A DNA stretch of 64,000 bases from Curvularia clavata (taxonomy: Eukaryota): contig CP089275.1 of the NCBI GenBank assembly GCA_023920165.1, forward strand, positions 1,426,001 to 1,490,000, given 5' to 3'. A program made the position numbers and the translations under genes. Below are positions 26,783 through 38,339 of this stretch, one piece after another. Under the pieces are notes generated by a model, which had not been told where the DNA came from, made no database searches, and saw only the letters and a list, made by a program, of their open reading frames with translations. The stretch's first letter is position 1; each line of letters begins with the position of its first letter.

Positions 26783-27655
26783 TTACCGCAATCCACCCCC
26801 GGCAATCACGCTCTGCCCAGTGACATAGCCCGTCTTTGTAAACATGGTAACCACATTTGCGACCTCATCAGGGTCTCCTAGACGTCCCAAGGGAATCGTT
26901 CTCACGGTATCCGGGACGAATGTAGCACTAGGGATCATCCCTGTATTCCCAATCATTGCTGGCGCGACATCATTGACCGAAATGTTGTACTGGGCCAATC
27001 TCGAAGCGAGATTCTTCATCATGCCTGTGAGACCTCCTTTCGAAGCCGCATAATCTAGCGCATGCGATTAGCAGTGATTCATGGACGTTGAAATATTGTG
27101 TAAACTTACGACAGCCGTTGATTCCACCTCCCGAGGCTGCGATGGAGGAGACGAAAATGATTCGTCCCCAGTTATTCGCCTTCATACCATCCACCACCCC
27201 TTTCACGAGCAGGAACGGTGCCCTCAGATTCACGTTAAATGCCTGCTCAAATTGATCCAATTCTATGTCCTCGATGTTGACGATTCGCTTCCCATACCCC
27301 GCATTCGCGACGAGTATTTCTACTGGTTGGGGATGCTGCTGTTTGACCTCTTTTAAGAGTTTCTCGATTTCAGTGGAAGATGCAAGATCCACCTTGTGCA
27401 TTGAGATGTGGATGTCGCAAGGTGCTGATTTTTTGAGTTCGAGTACCAACTCCTGAAGCTTCTGGAGATTCGTCGAGTATGTAAGGGCGAGATTCACGCC
27501 TTCAGCTGCTAGCTGACGCGCGCATGCCCCGCCAATACTGTTAGTAATTTTGTCAGCCTGAAAATAATATTGAAGGTTAAGCAGATGATTTCATACCCGC
27601 CAGACGCTCCTGTAATTAATGCTAGTCGCCCTTTCACTCGCGTCTGCTCCGCCAT
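26783..27655 (-). CDS. Short-chain dehydrogenase/reductase (FabG-like)
   Basis: LITGASGG|IG, ANAG, GRIIFVSS, YAASKGG and PLGRLGDPDEVA...YVTGQ. Two introns. Confidence 0.9.
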
Positions 27656-27967
27656 ATCCACAGGTTTTGCGCCGATATTCAAGAGCGAGTAGAAGAGAAA
27701 ATTAAGCAGCCAGCCAAGGCTACTGAGTCCGTTCGCCGTCTTTTTGCTGATGGCTGTTGTCCAGCCAGGTGAGGAGTTCTGATTGTTCTGGTACATCGGT
27801 CAAGAGTGAGAGTACAACAAAGCTTCGACCGGGAATCAATATCAAGACATTCTTTCCCACTTCCCTACTTGAAAGATATTCATAGCATTCAAAGGAAGCC
27901 TTAGTTAGATTCTCCGGTGTTACTTCCGCGTGCTTACTTGGTTCTTCGGGTATTTGGGTTGGGTGTA

Positions 27968-27978
27968 TAAGTCGCCGA
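27968..27978 (-). promoter_or_regulatory. Cluster motif variant TCGGCGACTTA in the divergent SDR/SDR promoter
   Basis: taagtcgccga on the + strand. Confidence 0.55.
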
Positions 27979-28153
27979 GCGAGCGGCGCCCAGGGAGCGC
28001 CATGCAGTTGTCAGTCTGTATACGCCACAATACACAAATATCATCAACAGTTATTATTCAAACTTGCCCAATACAATTTTTCATGTTACCGATTTGAACT
28101 AATTCAAAAACAACTTCAAGGTTACCAGCCAGCTTTGCTCTGAATTGGAGGCA

Positions 28154-29236
28154 ATGGTCGACCAGAGGAAAAGTGTCCTAATCACGGGCTGCAGCCCTGG
28201 TGGAATTGGCCACTCTCTTGCTCGCGAGTTTCACCGTCAAGGCGAGTGCTTTATTCTATAATTCAAAACTCAGTTCAAATGTATGCGCATTCTGACGCGC
28301 AGCAGGCCTCCGTGTTTTTGCGACCGCTCGCAAAGCCGAAACACTCAAAGACCTCGAGGCTCTCGGAATTGAACCCGTCTCTCTCGAGGTTCACAAACCC
28401 GAAAGCATTCGTGAACTAAGAGCGGAAATTGAGAGACGCACTGGAGGCAAACTCGACTATCTTGTCAACAATGCCGGTCGAAATTACACGGTACCCGCGC
28501 TTGAAGTCGACTTCGACGAGGTAAGGGACGTTTTTGACACAAATGTCATTGCAGTGATGAGGATGTGTGTGGAATTTTCACCACTCCTGATCAAAGCGAA
28601 GGGAACAATCGTGCAGATTGGAAGTTTGGCGGCATTGATGTGAGTTCATTCTGGCTAGGCTATAGTCTTGTGCTAATCAGAAACTTGTAGTCCATATCCA
28701 TTCGGAAGTGAGCACCATATTCCTTGAGAATTGAGTTCAAAAAGTCATACTGACGCATTTGGAAGGTACCTATAACGCGGCAAAAGCAGCATTACACGCT
28801 TACAGCAGTACACTACGCCTCGAACTCTCTCCTTTTGACGTCAATGTCATCACAGTCTACACTGGCAGGGTCAAGTCACGACTTGCCAGAGTAGAGCGCA
28901 CACTACCGGATGGCTCATTGTACATGCCAATAAGTGATGCGTACGAATCGAGAGTGAAGCATGGAATAGATGACTCGATGCCAGCAGATGACTATTCCAG
29001 ATCTGTAGTCGCACAAATCTTGAAGCCAGCCGCGAAGGGTTGGATCTGGGAAGGAAGATCGAGCTGGTCCGTGTGGTTTATGAGCAGCTTCTTGTCGCAA
29101 CAGAGACTGGTGAGTTGAACTGTCATGTGAAGTATTTGCAGACACTAATTTTTGCTAGCAAAACATATTTGCGGGTATCTATAATTTCAAGGCCCTCCGT
29201 GGTAGTATTCACGAGGAGAAATTGGTGGACATTTAG
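28154..29236 (+). CDS. Short-chain dehydrogenase/reductase, Ayr1 (1-acyl-DHAP reductase)-like
   Basis: MVDQRKSVLITGCSPGGIGHSLAREF, GLRVFATAR, LDYLVNNAG and TYNAAKAALH...LRLELSPF. Four introns, the first GC-AG, plus a 17-nt micro-exon. Mostly missed by the ORF track. Confidence 0.88.
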
Positions 29237-29605
29237 GTGATATTTCTTTGCGGTGGGGCCAATTCAACAACAAGTTGTATCTAGACTTAGAAAGTATATC
29301 ACATTTACTTTCATGATGCGAATACAATTCGAATTTTTTTAACAAAACTACGAATTCTTTGCTTTTGCACTCATGTCTGGCCATATGAACTGTGACTTTA
29401 GAAGTTCATGATGCCAGCCTATTTTCCTCGTAATCTGCAAGGCTACTTCACAACCCGATGGGAAGGAACCGCATCCAAAAGCAGAGTTGCACTAGTATGC
29501 GAGTTTCATTGGTTATTTCAGTCTCACGCCCAAGCCTCCGGATAAGGATGAGATAGCGAAAATGCGGATTGATGTACCGCTCGCATTACTAGGCATTTTG
29601 ATTTC

Positions 29606-29617
29606 TCGGCGACTTTT
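29606..29617 (+). promoter_or_regulatory. Cluster motif TCGGCGACTTTT upstream of the P450
   Basis: About 270 bp upstream of the P450 ATG and followed by a further CGGCGG. Confidence 0.7.
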
Positions 29618-29878
29618 TCGGCGGCGTCCAGCAACTCCGAGTCGGCGCTCCATGCATCCACGGAGCGCCTTACATTTAGCGGAACGATACGCATTTAGTG
29701 ATGACGGATGAGAGTTTGAAATGCGCTAGCATCGAATTCGGTGGTATCGCACCTGCAACGGGCGATACCTCTACGTCCCAATGGTGATGTCCTGCCTACA
29801 ATAGGCGACACCTCCACGCCCAAATTCAAGAGCAGTCAACACTTCTACAGTTTGATTCGACATTTGCCAGCTACCAAA

Positions 29879-31563
29879 ATGCAGCTGTTTAGCATGCTCG
29901 AATCTCTCCCGGTCTCTCCCTGGGCTATTGCCGGGATTGCCTTTGTCCTCTACTGGACGGGAGTCTACATCTACAGACTCTACTTCCACCCTCTTGCAAA
30001 GTTCCCCGGGCCAAAGCTCGCAGCCGCATCATTATGGTACGAGTTCTACTACGACTGCCTCTGCCGAGGCCAATACCTCTTCAAGATTAAAGAAATGCAC
30101 GAGAAGTACGGCCCCGTGGTCCGCATCAACCCCCACGAGCTTCACTTTTCAGATCCCGAGTTCTTCAATACTATTTACAGCCAGACAGAACGCCGTGATG
30201 CCTGGCACTGGAGGAAGAAGGGTTTCGGTATTGATGTGTCTACTCTGACTACGCTCGAGCATGACTTGCATCGAAAGCGTCGCAGTGCGCTCAACCCTCT
30301 GTTCTCGAAGCAGCGCATCGTCAAGCTGCAGCCAGTCATTCAGAACAGCGTTGATGCGCTAGTTGAGAGGGTCAGACAAGCTGGTATCAAGGACGAGGTC
30401 ATCAATCTGAAATTGGGTTTTGCTGCTCTCACAGCTGGTAAGAAACACTCGCCGAGTCCCATCTGAAAGCAAGAAGACCAGTACTGACGGGAACGACAAC
30501 AGACGTGGCAATGGATTACTTCTTTGGCAAGTCCCAAAACAAGCTGTCCGTGCCAGACTTCGATCCCCAGTTCCACGACGCAATCCAGAGCGGTTTCAAC
30601 AACATGCTCTGGATGAACCACTTTCCTTGGGTGATGGACACTATGACCACCGTGGCACACTACACACCCTCGTGGGTCATTAAGACGTACTTTTCTGGCG
30701 CGCGCATGACAACCTTCATCGCCGCACAGAGAGACATCACCATCCAAGTGCGCGAGTCCCTTGGCAAGATCGCTCCCGCGAAGGAAGAGTCCGCCAGCCA
30801 CACCATGTTCGACCAGATCCTCGCCTCGAAGCTACCACCAGAGGAGAAGTCCTTCCGGCGCCTCGTCCAGGAAGGCGGACTGATGGTCGGCGCCGCGACT
30901 GTGAGCACAGCCTGGTCTCTCAGCGTCGTCGCATACTGCCTCGTCGCCCATCCCCGTGTACTCAAGAAAGTCAAGGAAGAGCTTGCTCAAGCCTTCCCTG
31001 GCGGGCCCGATACAATGCACAGTCTCTCGACACTGGAACACCTCCCTTACTTCACCGCCGTCATCAACGAAGGTCTCCGCATCGGTATCGGTGCCTCGCA
31101 TCGCTCCCCACGTATCTCGCCTCACGCGGGAATCTCCTTCACAGACCGAAAGACGGGAAAGAAATGGTATGTACCGGCAGGTACGCCAATGTGCATGTCG
31201 CACCCGCTCTTGTTCCGCGACGCATCCATCTTCCCTGATCCGTACACGTTCCGTCCTGAGCGCTGGATCGAGAATCCGGGACTGGAGAAGTACCAGTTTG
31301 CTTTTAGCAAGGGTACGAGAGCTTGCATTGGTATCAACCTCGCTTGGGCCGAGTTGTATCTCATGATTGCCCATCTGTTTGCTAGGTTCGGCAGTGAGGG
31401 CTGCGAGGCAGAGGGCGATATCGGTAAGCTGGTTCTGTTCGAGACGGACAACAGCGATGTGGAATGTGTGGGTGATGGAGGTGTCGCATTGGTGAGACCG
31501 AGCTCCAAGGGTATCCGGTTCCGAGTCGTGTTGAACGAGAAGGGTAAGGAGGAAGCTTACTAG
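29879..31563 (+). CDS. Cytochrome P450 monooxygenase (trichodiene oxygenase-like group)
   Basis: N-terminal TM then HPLAKFPGP, YGPVVRINP, EGLR (ExxR), FRPERW and the heme motif FSKGTRACIG. One intron at ~30438-30502. Confidence 0.93.
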
Positions 31564-32732
31564 TTTGGTCGTTCTCTCGATTCTCACGACGGAATGGGGA
31601 TGCGATGGCCACAAACCTGTTGAACTCAGTGAGTCCTTATTAGAGGAAAATTTTGGAAGAGAACATGTGGTCAATGTGGTTTCTTGGAGTACTTGTTGTA
31701 CTTGGTAGAAGTGATTTGGTCTCTCGCCCAGCTAGAAGCGAAAGAGTGCCAGTATTGTGATGGGCGAAATAAGCTGTATTTTCGCTCACACCGCAAGCAG
31801 TTATGAATTCATGTGATTTTTCTCGTATGTGTGCAAGTGCTTTGTGATTTCGAAATTCTTCTCTAGTCCAAAAGATGCTCGTGAGTCGCATGTACACCTG
31901 GTTATTTACGCTCTATCGAGGTGTGTCTGATGATGACGACGAAAGTGCCAGCACCCAGGTCGAGCGGAACAAATTTTGACGTCACTACTGGTGGCAGAAG
32001 GAGAATTTTGGTCACTTGAGAGGTTAAGATGTGGAACAAGTACCCTCGGCTCTACTCCGTACTTGCGAAGACAAAGGTTGTGGACCAGGGTAGTCACTTG
32101 TGGGGTAGCATCACAGCCTGTTAGTAATACTGTACCAGTGTTATTGCAAAGGGGTCCGCAAGCCATGGATACTACTACCGGAATAAAATGTCCGATTCGA
32201 CATCTCCTGAGGGTAGGTTATGGCTGCACTAGTCAATCTAGGAGCTTTGAGCCTGGGATACTGATGCATGCAACGAGAGTGTTTTTTCTCGGTGACATAT
32301 TGCTGGCAGGATTGTGGATTAGGCGCTCCATGACCTCGATAGACACTCTTATTCGGATGGTAAGCAGAGAGTAGGGTTTAGACCAGGGGACGAGCTGAGC
32401 CGAGCCCAAGGCGTCGGGTTTCGAGTCGTCACAGTATCGAGGTCTTGAGAAGGATGCATGCATTAAGATTTTCAAACAAATATGAGCTGCTACGCAGTGT
32501 TGTCGAAGGCGCATTTGCAGTGAGGGGTGGAAGAAGCTGGAATGTCGAGGTAGTTTCGGGGTCATGGCACGTGAAGCGGAGCGGCGCGTCGTGTGCGTGA
32601 CCTCATCAAGGCAGCATCGCCCGTGCCGTGGCGTCTCACTCCCATCTCTCACCTGTGCACCTACTGTACCGCATTTCGACTTCGCGCTTTCGCATCGCAC
32701 ACGCATCCTGAGCTGCGAAGAGCAAAATCGCC

Positions 32733-33624
32733 ATGACTGGACCGAAATACCAAAACGTGCCGCAGCGCGACTCGCTCGACGAGACAGCGCCCTCGTACTC
32801 GCAAGCGCCACCCAGCTACCAGGCTACGGAACCCCAGGAAGCTCTTTTGCGTGGAGTGCCGCGCAGTGAAGATGACAACCTGCCAGACGACTTCAAGTTT
32901 GGTGGAGTGGTAGCAGAGGCGACGCTGGACATCCGCATGGCATTTGTCAGGAAGGTGTACGCCATTCTGTAAGCACTGCCCCGGGTTCACGCACGCAACA
33001 CAGGAATCGTATATACTGACCAAGGATAGAACCGTCCAACTGCTTGCCACGGCCGCCGTCAGCTTCGTGTCGATGACGTCTGAGACGTACCGAACATGGA
33101 TTCAAACCCACCAGTGGCCGCTGTGGGTGTCGCTGTTTGGTTCTTTCGCCTTCCTCGGCCTCACCTTCTGGAAGCGCAAATCGTATCCGATGAACCTACT
33201 GTTCCTGGGTGGCTTCACTGCCATGGAGGCATACTCAATCTCGGTCATTGTGTCGTTCACCGAGTCCAAGATTGTGCTGCAGGCGGTATTCTTCACGCTG
33301 GGTATATTTATAGCCCTCAGCCTGTTTGCGTGCCAGTCCAAGTACGACTTTACGAGCTGGGTGCCGTATCTATTTGGAGCACTGTGGCTGGTTGTGCTGT
33401 TTGGCTTCATGTCGATGTTCTTCCCGTACAACAGTACCGTGGACCTTGGCTATGGCATCATCTGCGCGCTAATCTTTTCGGGCTACATCCTGGTGGATAC
33501 GCAGCTGATTATGCGCCACTACCACGTCGAGGAGGAGATTGCCGCGGCCATCTCGCTGTACCTGGACATTATCAATCTGTTCCTGGCAATTCTGAGGATT
33601 CTGAACTCGCAGAACCAGAACTAG
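32733..33624 (+). CDS. BXI1: Bax inhibitor-1/TMBIM family protein (Bxi1-like)
   Basis: IRMAFVRKVYAIL|TVQLL, YPMNLLFL, YILVDTQLI and AAISLYLDIINLFLAIL. One intron. Confidence 0.88.
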
Positions 33625-34953
33625 ATGGTTGGAGGAGAGGATGGATGGATGGATGGAGCGAGCCGAATGTAATGTTTGGAAGAGGAAAGCGTCTAGATTG
33701 AGCAGAGTGGCTAGGGATTTGGCATTTTCTTTGGCGTTCTGTTAGGTACCTATGCTCGGTATATACACAAGCTGGTAAAGCATTGTTATGTTTGCAGTCT
33801 ACAGTGTGTTTGTGTGCCGTGGGGCTATAGCACAGCGACTATGCCGTGTGTTGAGGGCAATGACTCGGCGGTTGACTAGCTGGTCAGGCTGTCGACGAGA
33901 CGCACGGCACGGCCAATATTGGACCGTGTAGATAGATAGCGGAGAGAGCAATATAATAGTAATGCGACATGGTTCCAGGTGAGGGTACATCAGCCCACGG
34001 CGGGGTAATGTCGAATGGGGCTGGCGGGAGCGTGGGCGTATGATTGGCCAGGGGCGCTGAAACGGCCATGAACCCTGGATTTTCCTTTTCCGCCCACGAC
34101 GCTCGGCAGGTGCAGGTCGAGGGCTTGGCGCCGCCCACATGAGGCATCCGCTGGCACGGTGCTAATATCACCAGACCCGCCCCGTCTGCCTCAACGCCGT
34201 GTCTGGCACGACGCTTTCGAATCACGGAGCAAGCACTGGGCGCGCCATTGTCCCGGCGGGTTTGCTACGGCGGCTCCTGGTCGCGCAACAGAGGTTGGCC
34301 GCCATAAAAGTTACGCGAGCCCCGATTTTGGCCAGCCAGTGGGCGTGTCCCCAGCGTAGTGCGCTCCAGAACGCAGCTTTAGCACAGCAACAACAGCTAG
34401 CTCCCGCGACACCTGTCCACAGGGGCATGGTAATAATGCACATCTCTGCTGTACACACACATACAGGACAATCAGAGCGAGTCGAGTGCCACAGACAGAC
34501 ATTGGCCACGCCGCGCAGCTTGCTTTGCTCGACTCTTGATTGGCGCTTGCCCGCTTTCACGTCTAAACCCTGAATATCTTTTGCTTGGGCGCACCACACC
34601 ACACCGCTTCCCCCCGTCAATTGCTCCCGGTCTGCGACTCTGCCCCCCCGCAGACTCTCGCCCTGCCTCCTCCTCTGCCGACGCCTCCCCATCGCCTCCT
34701 TCGCTCTGCCATTGCCAACCCCAATGGCTGCTCGTCGTTGAGATAGCTCCCCCGTCACGTCCCCACAACAAAGGGATCCCTCCTGTCTGTACCCACCACT
34801 CACAAAGGCACATTCGCTGTTTCGCACCAAACAAGCCACGCCTGGCCTACTACAATCGCTGCTGCCAGTCCATTCACCTTTGCATTGCAATACCAAATCC
34901 ACTTCTCCTCTCACCCGCAAAAAATAACCCTCACTTCACACCACATTTCCGCC

Positions 34954-36539
34954 ATGGCCACCAAGGCGACGATACCGCCTGGCAGCGCCGCCCAAAAAGC
35001 CCCCACTGCGCTCAAGAAACCCAGGACGCAGCCCAAAAAGCTTCAAGATGAGGGCCTCATGGCCTCGCTTTGCACCCTCGTCTGCGACCACCAGATTGGT
35101 ACGTCTTTTTCCCCCAGCATCCCTTGCCAGAACTGACTGTTTAGGCATTTCCGTCAATCTGCTCACGCTCCTCGTTTTGACCCATACCTTCTTTCCCCGC
35201 GCCCGAAGCCGCACCAACAAGTTTTTCCACATGTCCTACTACAACCCAGAGACCAACATGTACGGCTGCGGCACCGACGACCTCCCCTTTGTTTTGCTGT
35301 GGACTGTCATCTTTACCGGAGTCAGGGTCGCCGTCATGGACTACATGTTGGATCCCCTGGCTAGGCTCGGAGGCATTAGAACCAAGAAGGGACTCGACCG
35401 CTTCAAGGAGCAGGCCTGGCTGATTGTTTACTATACCTGCTCCTGGTCTCTAGGCATGGTACGTTTGCTCCCGCAGTAGTATCAGCAGTGCTAACCACAC
35501 ACTAGTACATCATGTACCATTCTGAGTTCTGGCTTGATCTCCACGGCATTTGGGAAGGCTGGCCTTTCCGTGAGGCCAACGGCCTCTTCAAGTGGTACTA
35601 CCTTGTCCAATGGGGCTTCTGGGTCCAGCAAATTCTCGTCGTCAACATTGAGGAAAAACGCAAGGATTACGTGCAGATGCTTACCCACCACATCTTCACA
35701 ACCGCCCTCATGTGTCTGTCGTACGGATACTTTCATATGCGTGTTGGCATCGTCATCCTTACCATCATGGATTTTGTTGATATTATATTGCCGGTAAGCA
35801 GCCTCCCCTCATCAGAGCAATCTTGTATGGCTAACGACTCCAGACTGCCAAACTTCTCAAGTACATGGGCTACACAAACGCCTGCGATTATGCCTTTGGT
35901 ATCTTCGTTCTTACTTGGATCGTCACCCGCCACATTCTCTACATGATGGTCTGCTGGTCCATCTACGCCTATGCCCCCGTTGACATGGCACCTGGCTGCT
36001 ACCTCGCCGATTCCACATCGAAACAAACCTCGTTTGTCCCCGCGTCCAATGCTACCCAGTTTGAAGCGCTTGGAGGAAACAACCACTGGGGAAACCTACT
36101 CAAGGCCTACAGCGATCGCAATGGACCCATCTGTTGGAACCCGGAAATTCGCTACTATTTCCTCGCCCTCCTCCTTACCCTGCAGGTATTCTGCTGCATC
36201 TGGTTCGCCACCATTGCCAAGGTTGTCTACAAAGTCCTCAAGGGAGACGCCGCCGAAGACTTGCGTTCAGACGACGAGGGCGAGGATGAAGAGGTTGTGC
36301 AAGACCAGACCAAGACCATCTTCAACATGGCAACTACATGTGCCGAATCGGGCATGAGCTCCCTGCAACCAAAGGAGGAGGAAGTCGGCGTTGATGCTCT
36401 GACTTTTGCTCGCATGAATGGTGCCAGTCAGCGACGGCAGGCGAGAAGGGAAAGCTCGCGAGCCAGTGGTATTAGCATTCCCGGACACGGAGATCGTAAA
36501 GAGCTCTTGGGTCGCATCGGCTGTGACAAGCCTTCGTAA
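34954..36539 (+). CDS. Ceramide synthase (TLC/Lag1 domain), BarA/Cer1-like
   Basis: RFKEQAW, KWYYLVQWGFW and the Lag1 motif EEKRKDYVQMLTHH...MDFVDIILP|TAKLLKY. DLRSDDE acidic tail and C-terminal RKELLGRIGCDK. Three introns. Confidence 0.92.
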
Positions 36540-37067
36540 GCTTTGGCTGCTATTGTCTTTATAATTTTGTTGGCGTTTTGGCGCGTAATGTAATGTGAGA
36601 AATACGCGGTTTCTGCACAATCGCGCTCGGGAGGCGACACCGTTGTCGGGCCGTATTGCTTCAAAGGTTTCGCTGGATTATGTATACCCTACTAGAAGGT
36701 GATGGTAGAACATTTCTTATACCATCCATTGCTGCTGGAGCCATGGCCAACAGCGCTTACATTCTTGTGCAGGACAACTCTTGACTTGATTTTTTGTGAC
36801 GAAGCTGAATTCGCTATGCGGTTGAACCAAGGACTCGGACAATTTAGGTATTCCATCCTCGGCTTGTCTCTGACGCGATAGCGGGGCTGCTAAACCGACC
36901 TCGGACGAGGATTGTGGACACGAAATACTTGTTATTACCATCTGCTCTTACGCCCAAAGCTGAATGTGGTAACACTTGTACATGTACACTGGACGCCTAG
37001 GACTATACCGGCCGAGAACTGTTCACCGCATTTAGCAAAGTTACTTTTTTTCATCACTTTAGCAATC

Positions 37068-38078
37068 ATGTCGGAAGAAGCCATACCCTCCTTACCAAAC
37101 CCGCCATTCTATACCATCGCCAATGTCAACAACTTCCGAGATGCCGCTTATTCTCTCAAAACATCATCTGGCGCACGGATACGACCAAACATGCTCTTCC
37201 GCAGCGCCGAAGTATCCAAACTAGATCTAGCCGGATGGAAAGCCGTACATGAAATAGGTGTCGGACACGTGTTTGACCTGCGCTCCAAGCCCGAAGTCGA
37301 CAAAGGCTGGGCGGGCATCGTAGGCAAAGACGCCAATGCCGCCGAAGACGACGTGCGACCGGGTTGGATCCAAGCCATGGACGCCGCCGGCGTAAAAAGA
37401 ACATGGACACCCGTCTTTGAAGAAAGCGACTACTCGCCCGAGCGCCTAGCAGAACGCTACTCAAAGTACATGGGCGAAGCCGTTACTGGCTTCGTCGAAG
37501 CCTACCGTGATATCTTGCAAAACGGGGGTCCTGCATTCGGCCAGATACTGCGGTACTTGGCTACTCTTCCCCCTCAAGAAGAAGAAGAAAAAAGCAAAGC
37601 ATCCAGCCTCGGCGCCCTTGTACATTGCACCGCGGGTAAAGACCGCACAGGTATCTTCTTCGGTCTGCTATTCGACTTTCTCGGCGTCCCGCGCGACGAT
37701 ATCGCTACAGAGTATCAGCTCACGGAGCTGGGACTCCACCATGTTCGCGACACGGTTGTTGCGCGCTTACTGCAGAGCCCGGCGTTTAGAAAGTATGCGG
37801 CAGAGGAAATGGCGGGGAAAAAGATGTCCCGTGAAGAGGTGGCGAGGATCTTAGAGGCAGGCGAGGGAGGAGTCCAGCCGGAGATGGAGCCGCAGGTGAT
37901 GGAAAGGGGCAGGCAGGCGGCGCTGAGGATGGTGGGCGCGAAGAAAGAGAGTATGCTGAGGAGTTTGGATATGCTGGATGATGTGTTTGGGGGCGCTGAG
38001 AGGTATTTGAGGGAGAGGTGTGGGATGAGTGACACGGAGCTTGAGGCACTGAGGACGAATCTTGTGGTGGAGGCGTAG
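37068..38078 (+). CDS. Tyrosine/lipid phosphatase (Y_phosphatase3 / IphP-like)
   Basis: NVNNFRD, LFRSA, FDLRS, the P-loop HCTAGKDRTG and EYQLT. Intronless. Confidence 0.88.
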   Translation: MSEEAIPSLPNPPFYTIANVNNFRDAAYSLKTSSGARIRPNMLFRSAEVSKLDLAGWKAVHEIGVGHVFDLRSKPEVDKGWAGIVGKDANAAEDDVRPGWIQAMDAAGVKRTWTPVFEESDYSPERLAERYSKYMGEAVTGFVEAYRDILQNGGPAFGQILRYLATLPPQEEEEKSKASSLGALVHCTAGKDRTGIFFGLLFDFLGVPRDDIATEYQLTELGLHHVRDTVVARLLQSPAFRKYAAEEMAGKKMSREEVARILEAGEGGVQPEMEPQVMERGRQAALRMVGAKKESMLRSLDMLDDVFGGAERYLRERCGMSDTELEALRTNLVVEA

Positions 38079-38339
38079 GGGGAGGGAGGTAGCTAGGCTC
38101 ATGAGAGTGGTGAGATGGAGTGAATGCGTGTGAGTTGTGTATGGATCGCACGCTTCCCTGCTGGATCAACAAGTGCTTTGTTTTCCTCTGGACTACTCTT
38201 GAAGTAAACTTTGGATATCGCTGTTCACCGTGCACTTTCCAAGACATATCAATAGCGACGAAAAAAAAAGCATAGAGTACAGATAGATGGATACATGAAC
38301 GTAGTTTCGTTTCGAAATTCTACTTGCTGTTCCTCTACA

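Noticed and set aside
24900..29236. Salicylaldehyde (sordarial/trichoxide-type) pathway suggested by HR-PKS plus SDRs
   Set aside because: The cupin protein typical of those clusters is not seen, and an FSH1 hydrolase is present instead.
3000..32700. Starship or other giant transposon carrying the cluster
   Set aside because: No tyrosine-recombinase captain or other Starship accessory genes, and no terminal direct repeats recognised.
15576..36539. Fumonisin/AAL-toxin cluster (HR-PKS near a ceramide synthase)
   Set aside because: The window has no PLP-dependent alpha-oxoamine synthase (Fum8-like), tricarballylate-activating enzymes or ABC transporter.
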